DNA from: Malacoraja senta
Taxonomy: Eukaryota
Assembly (NCBI GenBank): GCA_038087875.1
Contig: CM075994.1
Span: forward strand, 3,784,001-3,848,000
Length of the DNA stretch: 64,000 nt
Reading direction: 5' to 3'
Shown piece after piece: positions 40,100 to 58,021 of the stretch. The position numbers and the translations under genes were made by a program. Position 1 is the first letter of the stretch; each line of letters starts with the position of its first letter. The notes under the pieces were generated by a model, which had not been told where the DNA came from, ran no database searches, and saw only the letters and a program-made list of their open reading frames with translations.

Positions 40100-43000
40100 C
40101 AACCCAATCTTTTAAATATCTCCATCCAGAAATGAATATGTTATCTTTCATATGTGCTCCCTTGGTTTATAAATAAGTTAACATATTTCAATTTGTGATG
40201 GTTCGCTTCAAACTTGTTACCACATATTAACGCATTTACTCGCATGTACAACTGACGTGTTTGAATATGATGTATTAATTAATTATTATTTAAATTATAG
40301 TGCAACAGAATAACTAATGTGAATCACATGACGTATACGATACAACACGTGGCATGGGCCTAAAAAATGTAGTTGACAAATCCGTAAACTTGATTTGATA
40401 ATGTTATCATAAAATTACTATTCTTGATTTTTTTTATTGCAGAAGAACAGCTGAGACAAAAAGACAAAAGTAATTAAAACAGCATGTTTATATATTTTTC
40501 GATTTTCATTATGAACATAGGCCTGGAATTGTTCAGGAAAATCACCTCGGAAGAATTATAAAATGACCTGCGAAATAAGTAGGAGGGAAATGCGTGTTGT
40601 TTGTTACAGTAAAATCTAGTTATCTATGTTTGGGTGTAAGACGGACTAAAATCTAGCGAAAATTTGTTCAGGATTGGAATCAGCCACTATAAGTCGATTC
40701 GGGAGAAATTATTGCTGAGCAGAAGTGATTAGAATTACGGCATTCAATACTACAACTATATTAACGACAGAGGTTACATCAGGAGCAGACTGAAGAAGGC
40801 TCGCGACCCGAAACGTTATCAAACCTTGTTCTCTGAGGACGCTTGCTGACCCGATGAGTTACTGCAGCATTTTATGTATATCTTTGGTAAACCGGCATCT
40901 GCCTTTATCACCAGTATTCTCTGGGGGCGCAAGGTCAACTATCCGCCATTTGCTGTTAATTTACCCCTGCTAGTTTCTGATTTTTGCAAGCCACGTTCCT
41001 CGATTGCTGCACTCTTTGTAATTGGAGCAATTCCCCTCCTCATACATTTTGCCTGCCCAGACGATTAGAACCGTTGTTCTGCAACATTATGTCAGCAATC
41101 CTAGTTCTGTTACTGCCACGACGTCGTAATAATTCGGAGGCAGTTAATATTAATTTGCACAGGTCCTCTTGTTTACTTTTGCAAATGTTGTTGCATGTAT
41201 TCAGATAGCCAGCTCCTGTTTTTCTTCTTCCTCCATGTAACCATGAACCAACCCTAAATTGAACTATGTTTGCATGATTTTATACTCTGTCACTTACTAA
41301 AAGAATTCCTTGATCGAAATATCCATTGCCGATGCTCCTAACATAGGAAAACATTTACACCAGCATATGATACATAGATACATAGATACATAGAAAATAG
41401 GTGCAGGAGTAGGCCATTCGGCCCTTCGAGCCTGCACCGCCATTCAATATGATCATCCAACTCAGTATCCCGTACCTCCCTTCTCTCCATACCCCCTGAT
41501 CCCCTTAGCCACAAGGGACACATCTAACTCCCTCTTAAATATAGCCAATGAACTGGCCTCAACTACCCTGTGTGGCAGAGAGTTCCAGGGATTCACCACT
41601 CTCTGTTTGAAAAAGTTTTTCCTCATCTCGGTCTTAAAGGATTCCCGCCTTATCCTTAAGCTGTGGCCCCTTGTACTGGACTTCCCCAACATCGGGAACA
41701 ATCTTCCTGCATCTAGCCTGTCCAACCCCATAAGAATTTTGTACGTTTCTATAAGATCTCCTCTCAATCTCATAAATTCTAGCGAGTATAAGCCAAGTCT
41801 ATCCAGTCTTTCTTCATATGAAAGTCCTGACATCCCAGGAATCAGTCTGGTGAACCTTCCCTGCACTCCCTCTATGGCTATAATGTCCTTCCTCAGATTT
41901 GGAGACCAAAACTGTACGCAATACAGGTGTGGTCTCACCAAGCCCTTGTACAACTGCAGTAGAACCTCCCTGCTCCTATACTCAAATCCTCTTGCTATGA
42001 AGGCCAACATACCATTCGCTTTCTTCACTGCCTGCTGCACCTGCATGCCTACTTTCAATGACTGGTGTACCATGACACCTAGGTCTCGCTGCATCTCCCC
42101 ATTTCCTAATCGGCCACCATTTAGATAATAGTCTGCCTTCCCGTTTTTGCCACCAAAGTGGATAACCTCACATTTATCCACATTATACTGCATCTGCCAA
42201 ACATTTGCCCACTCACCCAGCCTATCCAAGTCATCTTGCAGTCTCCTAGCATCCTCCTCACAGCGAACACTGCCCCCCAGCTTAGTGTCATCCGCAAACA
42301 TGGAGATGTTGCTTTCAATTCCCTCGTCCAGATCATTAATATAAATTGTAAATAGCTGGGGTCCCAGCACTGAGCCTTGCGGTACCCCACTAGTCACTGC
42401 CTACCATTGTGAAAAGGACCTGTTTACTCCTACTCTTTGCTTCCTGTTTGCCAGCCAGTTCTCTATCCACATCAATACTGAACCCCCAATACCGTGTGAT
42501 TTAAGTTTGTATCCTAATCTCTTATGTGGTACCTTGTCGAAAGCCTTCTGAAAGTCCAGATACAACACATCCACTGGTTCTCCCATATCCACTCTACTAC
42601 TTACATCCTCGAAAAATTCTATAATATTCGTCAGACACGATTTACCTTTCGTATATCCATGCTGACTTTGTCCAATGATTTCATCACTTTCCAAATGTGC
42701 TGCTATCCCATCTTTAATAACTGACTCTAGCAGTTTCCCCACAACCGATGTTAGACTAACTGGTCTGTAATTCCCCGTTTTCTCTCTCCCTCCCTTCTTA
42801 AAAAGTGGGGTTACGTTTGCTACACTCCTATCCTCAGGAACTACTCCAGAATCTAAGGAGTTTTGAAAAATGATCACTAATGCATCCACTATTTCTGGAG
42901 CTACTTCCTTAAGTACTCTGGGATGCAGCCTATCTGGCCCTGGTGATTTATCGGCCTTTAATCCATTCAATTTACCCAACACCACTTCCCGACTAACCTG

Positions 43001-44755
43001 GATTTCACTCAGTTCCTCCATCTCATTTGACCCGCGGCCCCCTGCTATTTCCGGCAGATTATTTATGTCTTCCTTAGTGAAGACTGAAACAAAGTAGTTA
43101 TTCAATTGGTCCGCCATATCCTTGTTCCCCATGATCAATTCACCTGTTTCTGACTGCAAGGGACCTACATTTTTGTTAACTAATCTATTTCTCTTCACAT
43201 ATCTATAAAAACTTTTGCAGTCAGTTTTTATATTCCCTGCCAGTTTCCTTTCATAATCTATTTTCCCTTTCCTAATTAAGCCCTTTGTCCTCCTCTGTTG
43301 GTCTCTGAATTTCTCCCAGTCCTCTGGTATGCTGCTTTTTCTGGCTAATTTGTACGCATTATCTTTTGCTTTGATACTATCCCTGATTTCCCTTGTTATC
43401 CACGGATGCGCTATCTTCCCTGATTTATTCTTTTGCCAAACTGGGATGAACAATTTTTGCAGTTCATCCATGCAGTCTTTAAATGCCTTCCATTGCATAT
43501 CCACCGTCAACCCTTTTAGAACTAATTGCCAGTCAATCTTGGCCAATTCACGTCTCATACCCTCAAAGTTACCTTTCTTTAAGTTCAGAACCGTTGTTTC
43601 TGAATTAATAATGTCACTCTCCATCCTAATGAAGAACTCAACCATATTATGGTCACTGTTGCCCAAGGGGGCACGTACAACAAGACTGCTAACTAACCCT
43701 TCCTCATTACTCAATACCCAGTCTAGAATAGCCTGCTCTCTCGTTGGTTCCTCTACATGTTGGTTTAGATAACTATCCCGCATACATTCCAAGAAATCCT
43801 CTTCCTCAGCACCCCTGCCAATTTGATTCACCCAATCTATATGTAGATTGAAGTCTCCCATTATAACTGTTTTGCCTTTGTTGCACGCATTTCTAATTTC
43901 CTGTTTGATGCCATCCCCAACTTCACTACTACTGCTAGGTGGCCTCTACACAACACCCATCAGCGTTTTCTGCCCCTTAGTGTTTCGCAGCTCTACCCAT
44001 ACCGATTCCACATCCTCCAAGCTAATGTCCTTCCTTTCCACTGCGTTAATCTCCTCTCTAACCAGCAACGCTACCCCACCTCCTTTTCCTTTCTCTCTAT
44101 CCCTCCTGAATATTGAATATCCCTGGATGTTCAGCTCCCAGCCTTGGTCACCCTGGAGCCATGTCTCCGTGATCCCAACTATATCATAATCATTAATTGC
44201 TATCTGCACGTTCAACTCATCCGCCTTATTACGAATGCTCCTTGCATTGAGACACAAAGCCTTCAGGCTTGTTTTTACAACGCTCTTACCCCTTATACAA
44301 TTATGTTGAAAAGTGGCTCTTTTTGATTTTTGCCCTGGATTTGTCTGCCTGCCACTTTTACTTTTCACCTTGCTACCTATTGCTTCCGCCCACATTTTAC
44401 ACCCCTCTGTTTCTCTGCTCACCCATTTAAGAACCCCACCACCTCTTATTTTCTGTTTATTATTGTTTTCTTCTTTCCCCCCTACATGTTGGGTCTGAGT
44501 GCTTTCATTCTCTGCCTCCTGCCTCACACACTGTCTAATAGCATTCTCTATTTGAGTCCCTCCCCCCAACCATTCTAGTTTAAAGTCTCCCCAGTAGCCT
44601 TTGCAGATCTCCCCGCCAGGATATCGGTCCCCTTCAGGTTCAAGTGCAAATGATAGATATGATAGACACAACACAATGTACTGAAGTATAGATTATGGGT
44701 ACGCTGAGTTCTTGTATTTAACAGAGATCTAACCGGGATGGAAAAATATTTTACC
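40100..44755 (+). repeat. Intronic segmental duplication, copy B, split by a 3.3-kb CR1
   Basis: Homology to copy A resumes at 44657 (gacacaacacaatgtactgaagtata). Confidence 0.85.
41373..44650 (-). mobile_element. Young CR1 LINE: ORF1 C-terminus plus near-complete ORF2 (APE endonuclease and RT) with few lesions
   Basis: LNARSIRNK, ITETWL, GDFN, YLDFQKAFDKVPH, GVPQGSVLGP, FADD; TSD atatgata at 41365-41372 and 44657-44664. Confidence 0.95.
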
Positions 44756-44926
44756 AGCGCAGCACAGCTGCATTTTCATATTTTAAACAATTCTATAAAT
44801 AATATTGTTACAGTCAAAGTGCGATCGCGACACTGACATTGTTTTCCACGGGAATATGTATGATGGATAACTTGAATATCAGCAGGATTTTTCCAGACCA
44901 CAGTAAAACATCATTTCATTCATATA

Positions 44927-49559
<4,633 letters not shown>

Positions 49560-49754
49560 TGTTTATATAAAAACGTGTATTACTCCGTTGTGCACAGTCA
49601 TAGTAACAATTGATTTATGTTTTAATGGCCAGGTATATTGATCCAAGGCAAGACTGAATAAGAAGCCACACTGCTTTTTTTCGTTTAACCCACGAGGTTT
49701 TGTTTTGATTATTTAAAAGTGTAATTTGCAACGTTTTGTTCTTTTTTCATACAG

Positions 49755-49781
49755 TGATTAAAGAGTTGATAAGCAAGAAAG
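49755..49781 (+). CDS. Microexon, 27 nt, VIKELISKK
   Basis: cttttttcatacag|...AAG|gtaaga. Confidence 0.85.
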
Positions 49782-50494
49782 GTAAGAAAGAATCACCAAT
49801 TTTGAAGCAGAGTTCTATCCATGGTATCTATTTCAGAATTCACATATCACACAGATATCTGAATTGTTACAATTGCTACAATTCCCACATTGCTGCAATG
49901 TATTGTATCAGAAATTGACTTGTTCAGATCACACTGGCTGTCACATTTTTCAGATAAAACGTGTTCATAACTGCAGTTGATTCGTATTCAAACGCAAATA
50001 TATATACCTTTGATGGTTACGCAGCGTATGCACTTCGCTAGTCTCATATGAGCATTGAATGATTAAACGACTGATATCGCACGAACTTCACGGGAATTAC
50101 AGCAGAGTTGATGTAATCGAGACTAAATAATACAGACAGTTTCTAGTGATATGTGCTGCTATGCATATTACAGACTCTAAAATTGAAACTTATGTTTCAG
50201 TATACCTTTCAGTTTCCTTCATAGTCCCAATCGTAAAGAAACCATCACGTGAAGACGCGGTCGATGTTCAAGTAAATAGGTACAAGAAATAGGTACTATA
50301 GTACATATGGTAAATAGGTACAATGATTAAGTAAATTGGTTTAAGTAAATAGGCAAAAGGTACAAGGCTTTGGCGTTGTCAATATTGGACCAATTATTTT
50401 AAATTCATTCACGAAAGGTGCGGTTGATAAAGGGAAGCCATTGCACACCGTATGCACAGACTTTCATGCCATGCCTTTGTCTGTGGCTGGATTT

Positions 50495-52139
50495 TTCAAT
50501 CTACAAAACATTGCACGGGACTCCATCCTAGGCTCTCCTGCCCAGCGACTAATGTCTCGCCAAACCCGTGCCCCCCTGCCTGTCTCTCAGCAGCTGCTGC
50601 AGCCGCGCGTTCGGTCCCCGCCCGCGGTGCAAAAGCATCTACAATTCAAACGAGACACACAGAAGCGTTTCTTCGACGTCCAGCAAGCCGGTCAAACCAC
50701 TTGCGCGTGGACAAGTAGTTCGCCTGCGAACCGACAAGGGCCATACACGACTGGGGCACATTTACGGACCGTCCAAAGAACCACGTTCGTACCTGGTCGA
50801 AGTTGACGGAGTCATCTACAGACGCAACCTTCAACATATCCTTCCAATGAAGGAACCGCGCCCTGCAACGGCAAGTCCTGATGCCCCGCCTCTCGTGTTC
50901 GCTCCCACAGTCGTTCCAGCGACTCCACTACCAGCCCTTACTTCTGCCGCAGGTTCTCCGCGTCGGTTGATGTCTGGCTCGCCTGTGGTGTCTCCCACCA
51001 GGCTTGCCGGGTCGCCCGTCGTGTCCCCACGGGTGTGGCCCCACGACGGTGGCCCCAGGAGGGTGGCCTCCGCGCCGGGGTGGCCCCTATGGATGTCGTT
51101 GTAGTATTCGACCCGTATTGCGGCTGAGACCACCGCCTTGTGGCACTTAACTGTGATTCCGTCCTGTAGCACTAACTCGTCACGAACTAGGAAGTAGGGG
51201 CGTATCTCGAGCGGGGTATTTGACTGTTTGTGGGGCCAACCGTTCCGTATGACTGTGGACAGCAATTGTAAAGTCTCGTCGGCAGCCGTGTGTTCGGCAA
51301 GGCGGCGTCGCTCAATCGGGACCAACGAGACCTTGATGACTGAGAAATCGTCCTATTCTGTGTCTGAACACTGCTCGTGGGAGGATGTTTCAGGCTCTGG
51401 GGCGCCGGTATCATTTGTCAACTCACCGTAGCGACAGCATGTGTTGCAAGTCTCTAATAAATCGGTCAATAGGTTCAACAGCATGCTGCAAACGAGCATA
51501 GAACTTCGTCCGTTCAATTGCGTAGTTTGACGGTCGATCACACAGTTCTCTCTATTTTCTGAGTAGGACCTCGGGGTCATCTAAAGCCTCGGTAGGGTCC
51601 TGCCCGTTGCCATCCACAACTGCAGGAGTAAAGTCAAAGTTATCGGCACGATTCATTGCCTCCGGACCCGCGAGATTAAGCAGTAGTGATGCTTTCAAGT
51701 CAGCAGGGTCATTCCGATGAACAATGTGGATATAACGAGTGTAGTCACGTTCGAAGAGACGCCATCGCTCATCGATGTCTGAATCAAAGATCAGAGGGCT
51801 TGGTCTGCGGCACGAGTTAGCCATGACGGAGAGAACAAAGTGATAAGATAAAACTGATAAAAATAAAAGAAACCCGGTAAACTTGGCGGAGTGACTCCGA
51901 GCCACGATCTGACACCATGTACATACAAGACGCACGTAAAGATACAACACATCTTTATTAAGCACTTTCAGCATAGGATCTGCAGTACTTTACAGCTTCG
52001 ACCTGCTACAACTACTCCCCTTCGTGGGCGGTTTCTTATTATTATAAAGTATGTATTAGGCGGGGCTACTACAAACAAGCACTATGATTGGCTAGCCGAT
52101 CTACAATTACTATTATTTCCTTTCCCACGCAATAAAACA
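50495..52139 (-). mobile_element. Rearranged Gypsy relic: 5' LTR 51918-52139, PBS, gag N-terminus, pol fragment, inverted integrase tail
   Basis: TG..CA LTR with AATAAA; PBS TGGTGTCAGA (complementary to a tRNA-Leu 3' end); MANSCRRPSPLIFD gag; + strand SPAQRLMSRQTR. Confidence 0.85.
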
Positions 52140-52346
52140 TGATACCACATTGATATTATTTCAGTCGATTCAAGCGGTTTGCATACGTCGATACGCCTCT
52201 TTGTTTCTGCATATTTACCTTTTTTATCGGAGGACACGTAATATATACGTGTGCTGCACATTGTAATTAAAAATAACATGTGAGGAACTTAATGAATAAC
52301 GAATTAATGGAAATTCCTCATAAGTCTATTGTTCATTACTTTCTAG

Positions 52347-52373
52347 ATAGTTCGACAACTGATAAAGAATCAG
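52347..52373 (+). CDS. Microexon, 27 nt, DSSTTDKES
   Basis: cattactttctag|...CAG|gtatgc. Confidence 0.75.
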
Positions 52374-53077
52374 GTATGCACTTGCGTGAATTTCAATATT
52401 TAAGATAAAGCTGATCAACGAGCCCAAAGTCCTTGAATAGTTCTGACGTGAAAAAAGGACTACTCGATAAATTATATTTTGTTTTTGGATAACGGCCCTT
52501 ACCTCCTTTCTTCCACTTACTTCTCAATACGCGTATCAATTACTACTCTTATTATCTCAATATACGGAAGCAATTTTCGGATTTTAGCCACATTTACTGT
52601 CGAAAAGTTGATCCCGCAATCTAATCGTGTCTTGATTCGAACACCTTAATTCCGCATCAGTGAGCCATTTGATAAAGCGAAAGTAACCTATGTAGTTGTA
52701 CATGTGTAGTTGTCGTCTTTTATACATCTATTAATTTTAATCACCTTTGCTAGTAAAATGGCAGGTAGCATGGTATCATCTTCTACCGATATATTGTGTC
52801 CTTGATATATCATAAGAATTCTGGTGTACCTATGATAGCCTGTACTAATCTTAACTTCCATCACTTTGAATAATCTCATCTGGACTCCGGCAACTTGTTT
52901 TAATCCACTGAATAAGCACAACACGTCTTTTACATTGCATCAAACATATCACAGAGTTATCCAGTAATTCCACGGCTGAAAATCATGCAAGATTAGTCTT
53001 CATGAGATCCTCTAAATAATCAGTATACGTAAAGCTATATAAATATTACTCATATTGGTCTGTTTTCCTTCCTACAG

Positions 53078-53101
53078 AAGTTACAACGCTGCGCGAATGT
53101 G
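53078..53101 (+). CDS. Microexon, 24 nt, EVTTLREC
   Basis: ttttccttcctacag|...GTG|gtaagg; the GAATGTG ending parallels exon 5594. Confidence 0.8.
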
Positions 53102-53105
53102 GTAA

Positions 53106-54482
53106 GGACAAATTAATGGAAAGGATACTTAGAGATTATATATATACAAGCATCTGGATAAGCAGTGTCTGATTAGGAACAGTCAACATGGATTTGTGCC
53201 TGGAAGGTCATGTTTGACCAATCTTCTTGAATTTTTCGAAGAGGTTACTAGGGAAATTGATGAGCGTAAAGCAGTGCATGTTGTCTATATGGACTTCTGT
53301 AAGGCCTTTGACAAGGTTCCTCATGGAAGGTTGGTTAAGACGATTCAATTGTTGGGTATTAATGGTGGAGTAGCAAGATAGATTCAACAGTGGCTGAATG
53401 GGAGATGCCAGAGTGTAATGGTGGATGGCTGTTTGTCAGGTTGGAGGCCGGTGACTAGTGGAGTGCCTCAGGGGTCTGTGTTGGGTCCACTGTTGTTGTC
53501 ATGTACATCAAAGATCTGGATGATGGTGTGGAAAATTGGATTAGTAAGTATGCAGATGATACTAAGATAGGTGGTGTGGTGGATAATGAAGTAGATTTTC
53601 AAAGTCTACAGAGAGATTTAGGCCATTTGGAAGAGTGGGCTCAACGATGGCAGATGGAGTTTAATGCTGATAAATGTGAGGTGCTACATCTCGGCAGGAC
53701 AAATCAAAATAGGACGTACATGGTAAATGGTAGCGAATTGAGGAATGCAGTTCAACAGAGGGATCTAGGAATAACTGTGCATAGTTCCCTGAAGGTGGAA
53801 TCTCATGTAGATAGGGTGGTAAAGAAAGCTTTTGGTGTGCTGGCCTTTATAAATCAGAGCATTGAATATAGAAGTTGGGCTGTAATGTTAAAATTGTACA
53901 AGGCATTGGTGAGGCCAATTCTGGAGTATGGAGTACAATTTTGGTCGCCTAATTATAGGAAGGATGTCAACAAAATAGAGAGAGTACAGAGGAGATTTAC
54001 TAGAATGTTGCCTGGGTTTCAGCAACTAAGTTACAGAGAAAGGTTGAACATGTTAGGTCTTTATTCTTTGAGCGCAGAAAGTTAAGAGGGGACTTGATAG
54101 AGGTCTTTATAATTATGAGCGGGTTAGACAGAGTTGACGTGGATAAGCTTTTCCCATTGAGAGTAGGGAATATTCAAACAAGGGGACATGACTTGAGAAT
54201 TAAGGGACATACGTTTAGGGGTAACATTAGGGAGAACCTCTTTACTCAGAGAGTGGTAGCTGTGTGGAATGAGCTTCCAGTGGAAGTGGTGGAGGCAGGT
54301 TCGATTTTATCCTTTAAAAGTAGATTGGATGGGTATACGGACGGGAAAGGAATGGAGGGTTATGGTCTGAGTGCAGGTAGATGGGACTAGGGGGGAGTTT
54401 TTAAAAAAGTGTTCGGCACGGACTTGAAGGGCCGAGATGGCCTGTTTCCGTGCTGTAATGGTTATATGGTTATATGGTTATA
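53106..54482 (+). mobile_element. Young CR1/HER1 3' fragment
   Basis: RT ORFs 53196-54390 and (ggttatat)n tail; near-identical inverted copy at 63500-64000. Confidence 0.92.
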
Positions 54483-54499
54483 ACAGGGTACATGGTATT

Positions 54500-55815
54500 A
54501 CGAAGATAGACACAAAATGTTGGAGTAACTCCGCGGAGCAGGCACCATATCTAGAGAGAGGGAATGGATGACGTTTCGGGTCGAGACACTTCTCCAGACT
54601 GAGATTCAGGGAAGGGGAGATATATAAATAAGGATGTGTAATGTGTGAGAACGAGAACTGGTGTGAAGATCAAGGAAAATGTAGAATAGATCATTGTTAG
54701 GTGGGAAAAGGTAACGACAAAGCAAACGGAGATAAAGTATTCAGGGAGAGTTAGACTGGTCGGAGAACTGGGAAGATGAAGGGATGGAGAGAGAGAGGGA
54801 AAGCAAGGGTAACTAGAAGTTAGATAACTCAATATTCATACCGCTGGGTGTAAGCTGTCCAAGCGAAATATGAGGTGCTGTGCCTTCAATTTGCGCTGGG
54901 CCCCACTCTGACAATTGTCGAGGCCCAGGACAAAAAGGTCAGTGCGGGAATGGGAAGGGGAGTTACGTATTTCCCAACTGGGTGATCGCGTAGGTTTAGG
55001 CGGACTGAGTGGTGTTCACCAAAACGCTGCCGCGTCTGCGTTTATTCTCACTAATATATAGGTCCACAACTGGAACAGCGGATACAGTAGATAAGTTTGG
55101 AGGAGGTGTAAGTGAATCTCTGCCTCACCTGAAAAGACTGTCGGGGTCCTTGGCCGGAGTCGAGGGATGAGGTGAAGGGATAGATGTTGCATTTCCTGCT
55201 GTTGAAGGGGAAAGTACATGGGGAGTAAAGCAAAGTAAAGTAAAGTAAATTTATTTATATAGCACTTTTCAATCAATTTCCATCAAAGAAGCCAAAATGC
55301 TTTACAGAGAAAGGGGTTTGGTTAGGGTGGGAATGGACGAGTGAATCGATGAGTTGCAGTGGGAACGTTCTCGGTAGAAAGCGGAAAGGGCTGGAAATTG
55401 GAAGATGTGGCGAGTGGTGGGATCCCTTTGGAGGTGACGAAAATGACGGAGGATTATGTGCTGCATGCGCCGGCTGAAGGAGTGAAAGGTGAAGAATATC
55501 CCTGTTGCGACTGGGGGGGGGGCGAGCGGGAGCAAGAGCGGAGATGCGGGATAGCGAGGATACGCGAGTGAGGGTCTCATATCTGATGGAAGAGGACATT
55601 TCGGATGTCCTGCTATGGATCACCTCATATTGGGCGCAGATGTGGCGTAGACGGAGGAATTGGGAGTAGAGGATAGAGTCTCTGCAGGTGGCAAAGTGGG
55701 GACAAGTGTAGTCTAGATAGCTGCGGGAGTCAGTGGGTTAACAATAGACATCAGTCCATTCCCTGTGATTGAGACGGTGAGATCAAGAAGCAGCAGTGAA
55801 ATATCAGGGATGGTA
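54500..55815 (-). mobile_element. Decayed Penelope-like element (small L2-type tail inserted at about 55225-55310)
   Basis: HFRHLQRDPTTRHIF, LIYCIRC; degenerate hammerhead motif at about 54565-54605. Confidence 0.85.
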
Positions 55816-56204
55816 TTACGTCTCCGTGCGCAAGTGAGTTGGGCAATGCCTAGTCTACAAACGAAACATTACAGATGCCATTTTTGATTATATCTCACGT
55901 AATACATTGAGTCATTTAGTGATTTTTGAAGAAACATTAAATGTTCCGAAATGTATAAACTGATCATCACCCTCTCTCGCACACAGGTGTAATAAATGCA
56001 CAATTAAATGAGACTGGAAGTGTATATTATTGATTCTGTGGTAATTAGTTGCATCAAAAAAGTATATGTACACAGTCACCAACGTAAGCACTTTAAATTC
56101 TCCTGTAGTTTCTTCATAGATACAGGCCAATCATCAAATTTCACAATACTTAGTTTATTCTCGTTTATTCTTATTGCAACAGTGACATGTTGTTTTCTTT
56201 GCAG

Positions 56205-56231
56205 AAAAACAGTTGGCAGACCTTAGGATTG
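56205..56231 (+). CDS. Microexon, 27 nt, EKQLADLRI
   Basis: gttttctttgcag|...TTG|gtgagc. Confidence 0.85.
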
Positions 56232-56804
56232 GTGAGCAACTTCGAATTAATAAAATCATTGCTATTTGGAACAAAGCATATACTTCACATATCATTAATA
56301 AATTGAAAGCCCAGATACACGGATATTGTGACGCGGTTGGTGTCCCCCCACCGCTGCTTTACGGGTGTCTTCCATGCCGCTGCAGGGCGCGTCTGTACCG
56401 GAGCGCCATATAGATGGTTGCGGTGTGGCATTTTTGATATCTTCTGGCATTCTCTTGGCTGACCGAACATCCAAAGACTTGACCTGTTTGTCCGACTCCA
56501 AATCCCAGGGGCAAATGTGTGCGTCCAGGCAGCTGGAGGTTTCAAAGGGACTGGTATGTTTAATGTCGACCAATGCCACTCCCAGATAAAGCTCCCCCAA
56601 GCTCCACTTTACCATCCTCTTATCTTGCCATTTTTAAACTTCAACCAAGTCGTCTACTGAGAGTGATACTATGGTCTGCGAGCATTTTTCTTACTCTTCC
56701 CTCTAGCCACAGAAAGTATAGCGCGTTCATCGGTGTGTTGTTGTTTGAATAAGAAGATTTACTGTGTGCTCATCCTCCCGGCCTACTGCAACCGAGTTAA
56801 TGAC

Positions 56805-57190
56805 GGTACGGTGGCACACCAGTAGCATTGCTGCCTTACAGCACTTCCAGCCGCTGAGACATGGGTTCGATCCCAGCTATGGGTACTGTCTTTACGGAGT
56901 GTGTACGTTCACCCCGTGACCACGCTGGGTTTCTCCGAGATCTTCAATTTCGGCACACACTACAAAAGCACAAGGCGCTGGCCATGCCGCATTTGGAGTA
57001 CTGTTAGCAAATTTGGGCCCCATGTCTGAGGGAGGATGTGCTGGTTCTGGAGAGGGTCCAGATGAGGTTGACAAGCATAATTCCAGGAATTAATGTGTTA
57101 GCATACGATAAGCGTTTGACAGCACTGGGCCCCTTATAGGCCAAGTCAGTGGATTTTCCGCGTTGTATGTCTGAACTAAACTAAAAAATA
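56805..57190 (+). mobile_element. tRNA-SINE with an embedded CR1 piece
   Basis: GGTTCGATCC B-box and CR1-like ttggagtactg...gagggtccag. Confidence 0.65.
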
Positions 57191-57985
57191 AACTGATGAT
57201 TCACTCTGCTGCAACCGCCAACCCCGAGTAATCATCAATGAAAAATAGGCAACGGCTTCACGGAAAAAGGGGATCAGTAGTCCTTCAGCGCCAATTAACG
57301 TACATTGCGATTAAGGTAAGTATGTTATTTTATAAACACGAACGTATTCAACAAAGCTGATATTTTAGAAATATTCAAATCTGGAAATGGCAACCGCTTG
57401 AAACAAAATTCGTTTAAGAAGGGTCTTGACCCGAAACGTCACCTTTTCCTTCTCTCCAGAGATGCTGCCTGTCCCGTTTCATTACTCCAGCATTTTCTGT
57501 CTACATTCGTTTGATCTAGTGTTCACATTTATCTGCATTTTAAACTCTCACACCCATCGTATTTAAGCAATTTTGAATTTTTAATTGATCCATACGGAGC
57601 TATTAATTTCAAATTGCTTAATGTTCAACAACTTAACTTCGTGAATAAAGACACAATCAGGGCTGCCTGGAAACTAAACCTTGTCACTACAATAGATCAC
57701 AGGTATTCGTGCTGAGCCACACGTGCGCAATATTCGTAAATATATTAATCGGTTGCGAGTCACGTCGCGATATAACGAACATTACAACAAAATCGAATTA
57801 ATGTGAACTATAAATTGGATCATTTTCGTTAGCTGCTGTTGTTGCACAGACATTTTTTCGGTGGCAGATTTCGTTACCAATGCTGAACGACGTATGACAA
57901 ACCTGTAGAAATTATATCAGTTAATATCTATGCGATTCAATATGATTGAAAAAAACAGGTACATGAATTTAATATTTTTTTTCAG

Positions 57986-58021
57986 AACTACGTAGCGTGA
58001 AACAAAGTTTGAAGGAAAAAG
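57986..58021 (+). CDS. Microexon, 36 nt, ELRSVKQSLKEK
   Basis: atttttttttcag|...AAG|gtaagc. Confidence 0.85.

Noticed and set aside
41373..44650. Active autonomous LINE or host reverse transcriptase gene
   Set aside because: 5'-truncated in ORF1, and ORF2 is broken into three pieces.
50270..50365. Repeated gtaaataggtac motif
   Set aside because: Short degenerate tandem repeat with no evident function.
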